Shown: piece after piece, positions 12,279-20,687 of the stretch
Layout: every line of letters starts with the position of its first letter
Numbering within the stretch: the first letter of the stretch is position 1
Assembly (NCBI GenBank): GCA_963800155.1
Contig: CAWDAB010000004.1
Location: forward strand, 26,755 to 90,754
Length of the DNA: 64,000 nt
Direction of reading: 5' to 3'
Source of the DNA: an uncultured Alphaproteobacteria bacterium
GTDB taxonomy: Bacteria > Pseudomonadota > Alphaproteobacteria > Rhizobiales > Xanthobacteraceae
The notes under the pieces: generated by a model
What the model saw: the letters and a program-made list of their open reading frames with translations, nothing else
Told to the model about the DNA's origin: nothing
The model's database searches: none
Translations under genes and position numbers: made by a program

Positions 12279-12610
12279 TCGCGTCCTTCGTGATCTCGTA
12301 TCTATACGGCGCCGTGCTCACGATCGCGACGGTGTCCCCCTCCCGAACCCCGGCGCGAGCGAAGAAGTCGGCAATGGCGCCGCGTGCGCGAAGAATACGC
12401 TTGGTCCGGTCGATATCCGTCTCGACCGCCGTGCCCGGAATGAACGTCACCGAGATTGTACGCGCAGCAGACTGCGATTTATTGCCGCCGCCGATCGCAT
12501 CCTGTGGAAAGAAGTCAAGCGGCAGATAGAGATGATTGTTGCGGATGTTTCCGCCGGTGACCGTCACTGTTCGAACCGTGCCCGGCGAGGCCTGGGATTT
12601 TTCCGCTCGC
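12271..12610 (-). pseudogene. C-terminal fragment of an unknown gene of the defence operon
   Basis: The stop overlaps the DUF1156 ATG, implying translational coupling; the 5' end runs into the opposite-strand phage gene fragment. Confidence 0.45.
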
Positions 12611-12749
12611 GACGCATGGGCTCGCTGCTCCTGCAGCACGGCGTCGAGCCTGCAGCGCTGGCCGCGAGCATGGGGCGACTCGGTGACGGCAAATCGCCCG
12701 CTTCGATTATCGGCGCGCTCGCTGACCTGATCGCAAAGGAGCCCCAGGC

Positions 12750-12965
12750 ATGAACGCGCCGTTTCCGCCGCGCTGCGCGCTCGGCCGCCTCGTGCCCATC
12801 CCGGCGACCAGCGACGGCGAGCTCTACGCGATGCGCCGGCGCGCCTGGCGCGAGCAGGGGATCGTCACGCTGTCCATCGATGCGATCGACGATCCGTGGC
12901 TGCGGCAGGCGATCATCAATGAAGCCAAGCGCCTTTATGGCGAGACCTCCGTGAGAGTCCAATGA
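12750..12965 (+). CDS. Small hypothetical prophage protein
   Basis: Coupled by ATGA overlaps to the upstream fragment (..SLLLQHGV..) and to the next gene. Confidence 0.6.
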   Translation: MNAPFPPRCALGRLVPIPATSDGELYAMRRRAWREQGIVTLSIDAIDDPWLRQAIINEAKRLYGETSVRVQ

Positions 12966-13513
12966 CCAATAACAAAGCCGCGCGCCGCAAGAAAGCTGCG
13001 CCCTCTGGTCGTAAGCAGGCGCAGCCAGCCATCCGCCAGGTCACCGAATTCGATCCGAACGGGATCGAGATCACGCACCATCGCACAGTCGATACGCTGC
13101 GCCTGATGCTGGAGGCCGGCAACATCACGGGCGCCATGCACAATGCCGCCCGAGACTTCCAGGCGGCGTTCACCATCGCCTGTTTCAATTCGATGCCGCG
13201 CGTGAATTTAACGCTGATGGCGCGCTCGCCATCGGCTGCGCATCACGTAAGCGATCTCAACGACGCCCAGCTTGCCGCACGCGAGCGCGTGGCGCGCGCT
13301 CTCGATGCGCTCGGGGGTCACGGCTCGCCCGCCGGTTCGTGCGTGTGGCATGTCGTTGGCATGCAGAGCTCGATTCGCGAGTGGGCGCTACGGCGGGGCT
13401 GGGGTGGCCGGCCGGTGCGCCAGGAGAGCGCGCAAGGGATCCTCGTTGCCGCGCTTGGTGTGCTCGCAAAGCATTACGGCATCCGCGACACTGGCGAGCG
13501 GCGCTATGCGTGA
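12962..13513 (+). CDS. Prophage protein, DUF6456-like (possible late-gene regulator)
   Basis: Motifs HHRTVDTL and VWHVVG..SIREW; located just before the packaging region. Confidence 0.6.
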   Translation: MTNNKAARRKKAAPSGRKQAQPAIRQVTEFDPNGIEITHHRTVDTLRLMLEAGNITGAMHNAARDFQAAFTIACFNSMPRVNLTLMARSPSAAHHVSDLNDAQLAARERVARALDALGGHGSPAGSCVWHVVGMQSSIREWALRRGWGGRPVRQESAQGILVAALGVLAKHYGIRDTGERRYA

Positions 13514-13663
13514 AACGATTTCCGAGTCGCATCAATGGCTTGCAGACAAAATGCACGAGCGATGCGTTTTTCGATTGACGAGTGACCGATGCAAACTTAG
13601 CGTTCGATCCACGGTGCAGAGATGCGCCAGAGACAAAAACAACAGCGACGCATCGACATTCGC

Positions 13664-13858
13664 GGGTCCTCCCTGGGGCTGCAACGTATGCGGGGGGAAA
13701 AGGCCCGGAATTTCGCTACAGCCAGCCGCAAATTCTGAGTTACCAGTTACCAGCTTCACTTACGGTCGTGCGGTAATAAGCCCGTCGAAACGCGAAGCAA
13801 TTTGCGTTTTCCGCATTGGTAACCTGGCGCGTGGTAACCGCGCGGTGGTTACCACGCG
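13664..13858 (+). promoter_or_regulatory. Putative cos-like packaging site
   Basis: GGGTCCT (identical to lambda cosQ) at 13664, a G-run about 22 nt later, five TGGTAAC copies and a 12-bp inverted repeat at 13828-13858. Confidence 0.45.
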
Positions 13859-13866
13859 ACTCGCCG

Positions 13867-14046
13867 CTACTTATCTTTGAGATACGCCTCGACCTTCTTG
13901 GCACTCTTTCCGACGGCGCGGACCGCGCCCGCCAATGCTTGGCCGGACACTCGAAACTTCTTCTTCCAATATTCCTTCTCGTAATCCTCGTTCATGTTGA
14001 TGGTGCTGCGGTCGGGCTCGCCGCGCTTTTTCCGATTGTCGGCCAT
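13867..14046 (-). CDS. DUF3606-like small protein (59 aa, not in the ORF track)
   Basis: Manual translation: MADNRKKRGEPDRSTINMNEDYEKEYWKKKFRVSGQALAGAVRAVGKSAKKVEAYLKDK; RBS GAGGAG upstream. Confidence 0.75.
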   Translation of the reverse strand: MADNRKKRGEPDRSTINMNEDYEKEYWKKKFRVSGQALAGAVRAVGKSAKKVEAYLKDK

Positions 14047-14144
14047 GATGGTCTCTCCTCAATGGGGTGGCGGATTATAGCCAACTCAGCAAGAACATCC
14101 ATCGCCTCGGGCAGAAATGCAGCGTCCCTACATCCGCTAAATCA

Positions 14145-15398
14145 ATGAACTCGGTTGCCCCGATCTCGGTTGAGCATTGGCCGCTCGATCGATTGATCCC
14201 GCACGCCCGCAACGCGCGCATGCATTCCGAGGATCAGATCGCGCAGATCGCAGGATCGATCGCCGAGTTTGGGTTCGTGAACCCAGTGCTTGTCGGCGAT
14301 GATGGCGTGATAGTCGCGGGTCACGGGCGCGTGCTTGCGGCGCGCAAGCTTGGCCTCGCGGAAGCACCGGTGATCGTGTTGTCGCACCTGACGCCGACGC
14401 AGCGCCGGGCTCTGATGATTGCCGACAATCGCATCGCCGAGAACGCTGGATGGGACGACGAAATGCTGGCGGCAGAGCTGACAGCACTTCGCAATGAAGA
14501 TATCGATCTTCAGTTGCTCGGATTTGATGAAGCCGAGCTCGATCGCCTGCTCGATGGTGAAGGCGAGAACGCTGAGCAGGCGGATGCGGTACCTGAGCCG
14601 CCGGCTGATCCGGCCTCACGATATGGCAATCTGTGGATCTGCGGGCAGCACCGAGTGCTTTGTGGCGATGCCACCGTGCTGTCGGACGTCGAAGCCGTGC
14701 TCGGCGGCGAACTTGCGGACCTGTGCTTTACTGATCCACCCTACAATGTGAATTATGCCAATGGGTCGCATACGAAACGGCCCAGTAAGAGACGCCCGAT
14801 CCTCAATGATGCTCTTGGTGCCGATTTTGCCCAGCTGCTCTACGATGCGTGCCTTAACATCCTGACGGTCACCAAGGGCGCCGTGTATGTCTGCATGTCC
14901 TCCTCAGAGCTGGACACGCTGCAGCAGGCGTTTCGGGCGGCCGGCGGGCACTGGTCTACGTTTGTTATCTGGGCCAAGAATACATTCACGCTCGGGCGAG
15001 CGGACTATCAGCGCCAGTACGAACCCATCCTGTATGGCTGGAAGGACGGAGTGGATCATTACTGGTGCGGCGCTCGCGATCAGGGCGATGTCTGGTTCGT
15101 AGACAAACCGGCGAAGAATGATCTTCACCCAACGATGAAGCCTATTGAGCTCGTTGAACGTGCCATCCGCAACTCAAGCAAGAGCCGCGATATCGTGCTC
15201 GATCCCTTCGGCGGGTCGGGCAGCACGCTCATCGCCGCCGAGCGAACAGGCCGGCGCGCGCGGCTCATTGAACTCGATCCCAAGTATGTCGACGTGATCG
15301 TGCAACGATGGCAGAAGATAACCGGCGGCAGCGCTACCGACGCCACCACCGGTCAACCTTTTTCGGAAAGTCCGTCTGAAGATCAGCCGGCGATGTGA
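14145..15398 (+). CDS. Phage ParB-N + site-specific DNA methyltransferase (N6/N4)
   Basis: ParB-like LIPHARNARMH and AGHGR; catalytic FTDPPYNV; SAM-binding LDPFGGSGST. Confidence 0.9.
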   Translation: MNSVAPISVEHWPLDRLIPHARNARMHSEDQIAQIAGSIAEFGFVNPVLVGDDGVIVAGHGRVLAARKLGLAEAPVIVLSHLTPTQRRALMIADNRIAENAGWDDEMLAAELTALRNEDIDLQLLGFDEAELDRLLDGEGENAEQADAVPEPPADPASRYGNLWICGQHRVLCGDATVLSDVEAVLGGELADLCFTDPPYNVNYANGSHTKRPSKRRPILNDALGADFAQLLYDACLNILTVTKGAVYVCMSSSELDTLQQAFRAAGGHWSTFVIWAKNTFTLGRADYQRQYEPILYGWKDGVDHYWCGARDQGDVWFVDKPAKNDLHPTMKPIELVERAIRNSSKSRDIVLDPFGGSGSTLIAAERTGRRARLIELDPKYVDVIVQRWQKITGGSATDATTGQPFSESPSEDQPAM

Positions 15399-15664
15399 TA
15401 GACCCGCCCGCGGCCCTCGATCTTCTCCGACTGCACATCGAGCCCAAGCTTCTTTTTGAGCGCACTAGCAATCGCTCCACGGACCGTGTGCGGCTGCCAC
15501 TCGAACTTCTTGACGATCTCATCGATCGTTGCGCCGTCCGGACGCTTGAGCATTTCGATCAGCTTGGCCTGCTTACTGTCGGCGCGTGTTCCGGGCCCTT
15601 TAGCCTTCGGGCGAGCTTTCCGCTTTCGGGCGGACTTGGTGGCTGATTTGATAGACTTGGCCAT
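15383..15664 (-). CDS. DUF3489 domain protein
   Basis: SKQAKLIEML.RP.GATI and WQPHTVRG..A.ALKKKLGL motifs. Confidence 0.8.
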   Translation of the reverse strand: MAKSIKSATKSARKRKARPKAKGPGTRADSKQAKLIEMLKRPDGATIDEIVKKFEWQPHTVRGAIASALKKKLGLDVQSEKIEGRGRVYHIAG

Positions 15665-15761
15665 GTGAGGCTCCTTCAGGTAGAGGCCGCGACGATCGCG
15701 ACCCTTCTACGACCCCGAGCCCCGCATCAGAGCGGGGTGGGCCTTGAGGCATGGGAGCCAA

Positions 15762-16007
15762 TCAGTTTCGGCCTGACAGCACGCGGTCCATGGACTCCTG
15801 GAAGGTTTCGTTGGGCAGTGCTGTCTCGGCTGCGTGTCGGATCATGCCAAACACCAGAAGCTGCACGCGTCTGACCGCCTGTTCGAGCGTCTCTCCCGGC
15901 AGGACGTCGGCGTCGCAATTCGCGAGGAGTTTCCGCAGCGCGGGCTCGCGCTCGGCGGCAACGCGGGCACGAATCTCAGCAGGCGAAAGTCCGCTCCAGT
16001 CCTCCAT
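15762..16007 (-). CDS. Hypothetical prophage protein
   Basis: RBS GAAGGAG before the ATG; lies in the small minus-strand operon. Confidence 0.5.
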   Translation of the reverse strand: MEDWSGLSPAEIRARVAAEREPALRKLLANCDADVLPGETLEQAVRRVQLLVFGMIRHAAETALPNETFQESMDRVLSGRN

Positions 16008-16020
16008 GCGAGATGCTCCT

Positions 16021-16389
16021 TCAGGGTTGCGCGTTCGCTTCGGCCATGATCTCGCAATCGGTGACGAAGCCGAGGAGGTAGGCCAGTCCACGTGGAATGC
16101 CGGTCTCGTGTGACGTGCGGCGATCGATCGTCCAGTTCATCCAGCGATCCACCGCGGCACCGATCGCGTCCTGGAGGGCAAGCCCTTTGAACAAGCCGCT
16201 CGCCACGTCGTCGGCAAAGTGCCGCCCCTGGCGGCTGTCGAGGAAATCGCGCACACCGCTCTCTGAGCGGCAAGTCGCCTTGGCGATGGCATCCATCGCG
16301 ATCGGCCAAGCCTCAGCGGAATCGGCGTGGTGGCGAATGGTGCCGTAAAAACCCCAGGCTTCGTTTCGGCTGGGCAGGACCTTGTTCAT
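16021..16389 (-). CDS. Hypothetical prophage protein
   Basis: Coherent ORF (LPSRNEAWGFYGT, FLDSRQGRHFAD) with RBS GGAG. Confidence 0.6.
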   Translation of the reverse strand: MNKVLPSRNEAWGFYGTIRHHADSAEAWPIAMDAIAKATCRSESGVRDFLDSRQGRHFADDVASGLFKGLALQDAIGAAVDRWMNWTIDRRTSHETGIPRGLAYLLGFVTDCEIMAEANAQP

Positions 16390-16489
16390 GGGCGTCTCCG
16401 TGCCGTGATGGCGCCATTCACGCTCTGTTTTGGCTCGGAGCCAAGCGAATAAACGATCAATTGATTGCTTTGTTAGCGCCGGCAGCATC

Positions 16490-17047
16490 ATGGGATTATC
16501 AATCCGCGCTTATGCCAAAGCGCGTGGCGTCAGCCATGTGGCCGTGCTCAAGGCCGCGAAGGCCGGGCGCGTCCCGCTCGAGTCTGATGGTACGATCGAC
16601 CCCGCGAAAGCCGACGCGGCCTGGCAACGCTCCACAGACCCAGGCCGCACGAAAGCAAGGCTAAAATCTTCCGCGGAGAAGCTTTTTCCCGTCGGCAGCG
16701 CCGCGCTTGGTTCGGTCCGCGAGACGCTGAAGGAGCAGGGGCTTCCTGCCGGCGGCAACGTCACCTTCGTCCAGGCGCGCACCGCGCACGAAATCGCCAA
16801 GGCGCATCTCGCGCGACTGCGCCTGCAGCGTATGAAGGGAGAGCTGGTCGACCGCGCCCGCTCGACGGCATTGGTGTTTCGGCTTGCGCGCGAAGAGAGG
16901 GATTCCTGGCTCAACTGGCCAGCCCGGGTGGCAGCCTTGATTGCGGCCGACCTCGACGTGGAGGCGCACGCGGTCCAAAAACTGATAGAGACGCATGTCC
17001 GCGGTCACCTCGCCGAGCTCGCCGAGATTCGAGCCGAGTTCAGGTGA
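16490..17047 (+). CDS. Terminase small subunit-like protein
   Basis: N-terminal HTH MGLSIRAYA..RGVSHVAV.KA; directly upstream of the large subunit. Confidence 0.75.
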   Translation: MGLSIRAYAKARGVSHVAVLKAAKAGRVPLESDGTIDPAKADAAWQRSTDPGRTKARLKSSAEKLFPVGSAALGSVRETLKEQGLPAGGNVTFVQARTAHEIAKAHLARLRLQRMKGELVDRARSTALVFRLAREERDSWLNWPARVAALIAADLDVEAHAVQKLIETHVRGHLAELAEIRAEFR

Positions 17048-19007
17048 CCTGTTCGTCTTCGACGGCGCGGAAGAGCTCGGCCAAGCCTGGCGCGACGGGC
17101 TTCTGCCCGACCCGGCGCTGACGGTTTCAGAATGGGCGGATCGGCACCGGGTACTGAGCCCGCGCGCCTCCGCCGAGCCAGGTCGCTATCGCACCGATCG
17201 AACGCCCTACATGCGGGCGATTATCGACGCGCTGTCGCCCATGCATCCCGCCCGTCGCATCGTCGTGATGAAATCGGCCCAGGTCGGCTTCACGGAAGGC
17301 GGCAACAACTGGATCGGCTACGTCATCCATCACGCGCCCGGACCGATGCTCGCGGTACAGCCGACCGTCGAGCTTGCCAAGCGCTTTTCGCGCCAGCGCA
17401 TCGAGCCGCTGATTGCCGAGAGCCCTGCGTTGCGCGAACGGGTCAAGCCCGCGCGCTCGCGCGATGCCGGCAACACGGTGCTGTCAAAGGAATTTCCGGC
17501 AGGGCTTCTGGTCATCACCGGCGCTAACAGCGCGGTCGGCCTACGTTCGATGCCGGCGCGCTATCTGTTCCTCGACGAGGTCGATGCTTATCCGCCCTCG
17601 GCCGACGAGGAAGGCGATCCGGTCGCTCTCGCTGAGGCACGGACGCGCACCTTCTCGTGGCGCTCCAAGATCCTGCTCGGCTCGACGCCAACCATTCATG
17701 GACTGTCGCGGATCGAGCGCGAGTACGAAGCGTCTGATCAGCGGCGAAACTTCGTCCCTTGCCCGCACTGCGGGGAGATGCAGTGGCTCAAATTCGAGCG
17801 GCTGCGCTGGGACAAGGGGAAGCCCGAGACTGCACATTATGAATGCGCTTCCTGCGACGGCCGGATCGAGGAGCACCACAAGACCGCCATGCTCGAGGCC
17901 GGCGAATGGCGCTCCACCGCCGAGCCGCAGGACCCCGGCACCATCGGCTTTCACATCTCGGCGCTCTATTCACCGGTCGGATGGCTGTCCTGGGAGAACA
18001 TCGCCCGGCTCTGGGAGACCGCGACGACAGACGAGGCCAAGCGCAGCTTCAAGAACAGCGTGCTGGGTGAGACCTGGGTCGAGACCGGCGAGGCGCCCGA
18101 CTGGCAGCGCCTCTATGAGCGCCGTGAGTCCTGGCAGTTCGGCACGGTGCCGAGCGGCGGCCTGTTTCTGACAGCGGGCGCCGACGTCCAGAAGGACCGC
18201 ATCGAGGTCGATATTTGGGCCTGGGGCAGGGGGCTCGAAAGCTGGCTCGTCGATCACATCGTGATCGAGGGTGGGCCCGAGAAGGCCGCAACCTGGGACG
18301 ATCTCGCAGGTCTGCTCGATCGCACCTGGCCGCACGCACACGGCAGTCGTATCGGCATTGCCAAGCTTGCGATCGATACCGGCTACGAGGCGCCCGCAGT
18401 GTACGCCTGGGCGCGCCGGGTCGGCCACGCCCAGGTCGCGCCGATCAAGGGCGTCGAAGGCTTCAATCGCGCGGCACCGGTGATCGGACCGACGCACGTC
18501 GACGTCACCGAAGGCGGCAAGAAGCTCCGCCGCGGCGCGCGGCTGTGGACGATCGCAGTCGCGACCTTCAAGAGCGAAACCTATCGTTTCCTGCGTCTCG
18601 CGACGCCGACGGACGAGGAGTTCGCAGCGGGCGCCAGATTCCCGGCAGGTTACATCCACCTGCAGCGCGGTGCCGAAGCCGAGTGGGTGAAGCAGCTCGT
18701 CGCCGAGCAGCTCGTCACGGTGAAGACCAAGCGCGGTTTCACCCGGCTCGAATGGCAGAAGCTTCGCGAGCGCAACGAAGCGCTCGACTGCCGTGTCTAC
18801 GCGAGAGCAGCCGCGTGGATCGCCGGTGCCGATCGCTGGACAGAGGCGATGTGGCGCGATCTGGAAGACCAGATAGGTCCGGCAGGAGAGGTCGACAGCG
18901 AACGATCGGCTGATCCGCAATTGGCGAGCGACGCCCTAGCCGGCGTCATTCGACGCCGGCCCGCCCGTCGCGGCCGCCGTGTGTTCCGGTCGACCTACCT
19001 GAGCTGA
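16995..19007 (+). CDS. Terminase large subunit (GpA family); exact start uncertain
   Basis: VSEWADRHR, Walker A region KSAQVGFTE, Walker B LFLDEVD and Zn finger CPHC..CASC. Confidence 0.93.
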   Translation: MSAVTSPSSPRFEPSSGDLFVFDGAEELGQAWRDGLLPDPALTVSEWADRHRVLSPRASAEPGRYRTDRTPYMRAIIDALSPMHPARRIVVMKSAQVGFTEGGNNWIGYVIHHAPGPMLAVQPTVELAKRFSRQRIEPLIAESPALRERVKPARSRDAGNTVLSKEFPAGLLVITGANSAVGLRSMPARYLFLDEVDAYPPSADEEGDPVALAEARTRTFSWRSKILLGSTPTIHGLSRIEREYEASDQRRNFVPCPHCGEMQWLKFERLRWDKGKPETAHYECASCDGRIEEHHKTAMLEAGEWRSTAEPQDPGTIGFHISALYSPVGWLSWENIARLWETATTDEAKRSFKNSVLGETWVETGEAPDWQRLYERRESWQFGTVPSGGLFLTAGADVQKDRIEVDIWAWGRGLESWLVDHIVIEGGPEKAATWDDLAGLLDRTWPHAHGSRIGIAKLAIDTGYEAPAVYAWARRVGHAQVAPIKGVEGFNRAAPVIGPTHVDVTEGGKKLRRGARLWTIAVATFKSETYRFLRLATPTDEEFAAGARFPAGYIHLQRGAEAEWVKQLVAEQLVTVKTKRGFTRLEWQKLRERNEALDCRVYARAAAWIAGADRWTEAMWRDLEDQIGPAGEVDSERSADPQLASDALAGVIRRRPARRGRRVFRSTYLS

Positions 19008-19010
19008 ACC

Positions 19011-19217
19011 ATGACGCTCGAAGAGATGACGGCTCAGCGCGACGCGCTGCTCGCCGCCCGTTTCCGTGGCGTGCGCACGGTCGAGATCGATGGCCGACGC
19101 GTCACCTACGCTTCGGACACGGCGGCTGCCATCACAGATCTGGAGCGCCGGATCGCCGCGGCCGAAGCGGGGGGCCGGAAGCGTCGAATCCTCACGTCCG
19201 CTTCGAAGGGGCTCTGA
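19011..19217 (+). CDS. Head-tail joining protein (gpW-like)
   Basis: 68 aa with GVRTVEIDGRRVTY, located between terminase and portal. Confidence 0.75.
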   Translation: MTLEEMTAQRDALLAARFRGVRTVEIDGRRVTYASDTAAAITDLERRIAAAEAGGRKRRILTSASKGL

Positions 19218-20687
19218 GTGCTTGCCTCGCTGACAGCATTCCGGCGCCGCGTCGGCGCGTTCATCGGCGGATTCGAGGCAGGGCTCGCGAACCGGCGCCT
19301 GAAGGGATTCCAGCCAAGCCGGGCACATCTCAACACGCTGATCGCCGCGGCAGGCCCCGACATCACGGCGCGCGCCCGCTGGCTCATTCGCAACAACGGC
19401 TATGCTGCCAATGCCATCGAGAGCTGGGCCGGCAACGTCGTTGGCGCCGGGATCAAGCCGTCCTCGCTGATCAAGGACGCTGGCCTGAAGGTGCAAGTTC
19501 AGAAGCTCTGGCTCGACTGGACCGACGAGGCCGACGCCGAGGGATTCACCGATCTCTATGGGCTGCAGCGGCGCGCCGCGCGCGAGGTGTTCATAGCAGG
19601 CGAAGTGTTCTTTCGGTTTCGGCCGCGACGGCCGCAAGACGGGCTGACGGTGCCGCTGCAACTGCAGATGCTGCCGTCCGAAATGCTGCCGCTCAATCGC
19701 AACGAGGTTGTGCCGGGTGGCAACGTGATCCGCCAAGGCATCGAGTTCGATGCGATCGGGCACCGCGTGGCCTATTACTTCCTGCGCCGACATCCGGGCG
19801 ACATGACCGATCTGGGTCTTGCCGGTGACATCGTGCGCGTGCCGGCTTCCGAAATCGTGCACGTCATCGACCCGGTCGACGCGGGACAGTTGCGCGGCGT
19901 CTCGCGGTTCGCCGCAGGCATCGTCAAGCTCTTCCTGCTCGACCAGTACGACGACGCCGAGCTCGACCGGAAGAAGGTCGCAGCGATGCACGCGCTCTTC
20001 ATCACGACGCCGGCACCGGCCGAGCCGCTCGATGCCGCCGAGGGGCGCGACGAGAACGACGAACGCACCATCGACTTGCAGCCCGGCCAGATCACCATGC
20101 TGGAGCCCGGTGAGGAGGTGCAGACCTCGTCGCCGGCAGATTCGGGCCAAACCTACGAGCCATTCCAGTATCGCACGCTGCTGCAAGTGTCGGCCGCCCT
20201 CGGCGTGCCCTATGCGTACCTCTCGAACGACATGCTCAAGGCGAACTATTCGAACTCGCGCCTGGCGCTGCTCGAATTCCGTCGCCGCATCGAGGCTTAC
20301 CAGCACGCCGTGATCGTCTGGCAGCTCTGTCGTCAGGTGTGGGTGCGCTGGATGGACACCGCGGTGCTCGCGGGTGCGCTCGACCTGGCGGGCTACGACA
20401 ACCGCCGGCGCGAGTATCTCGCCTGCGGCTGGTTGCCGCCGAAGTGGGATTGGGTCGATCCGCTCAAAGACGCGCGCGCCGAGATCGAGCAGATCGATGC
20501 CGGCCTCAAGAGCCGCACGCAAGCGCTCGCCGAGCGCGGCTATGACGCCGAGCAGGTCGATGCCGAGATCGCAGCCGACAAGGCGCGCGAGCAGTCGCTC
20601 GGGCTGAATTTCCAATCGGCGGCAGCATCGGCACCGCTGCCGGCCGATACGTCATTTGCTGGGGAAGCGAACAACGCCAATGCTTGA
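19218..20687 (+). CDS. Lambda-family portal protein
   Basis: RARWL.RNN, RGVS, ANYSNSR..LLEF and WDWVDPLKD motifs. Confidence 0.93.
   Translation: MLASLTAFRRRVGAFIGGFEAGLANRRLKGFQPSRAHLNTLIAAAGPDITARARWLIRNNGYAANAIESWAGNVVGAGIKPSSLIKDAGLKVQVQKLWLDWTDEADAEGFTDLYGLQRRAAREVFIAGEVFFRFRPRRPQDGLTVPLQLQMLPSEMLPLNRNEVVPGGNVIRQGIEFDAIGHRVAYYFLRRHPGDMTDLGLAGDIVRVPASEIVHVIDPVDAGQLRGVSRFAAGIVKLFLLDQYDDAELDRKKVAAMHALFITTPAPAEPLDAAEGRDENDERTIDLQPGQITMLEPGEEVQTSSPADSGQTYEPFQYRTLLQVSAALGVPYAYLSNDMLKANYSNSRLALLEFRRRIEAYQHAVIVWQLCRQVWVRWMDTAVLAGALDLAGYDNRRREYLACGWLPPKWDWVDPLKDARAEIEQIDAGLKSRTQALAERGYDAEQVDAEIAADKAREQSLGLNFQSAAASAPLPADTSFAGEANNANA

Noticed and set aside
14145-15398. Restriction-modification system
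   Set aside because: No adjacent nuclease; this is the common orphan ParB-methylase of such prophages.
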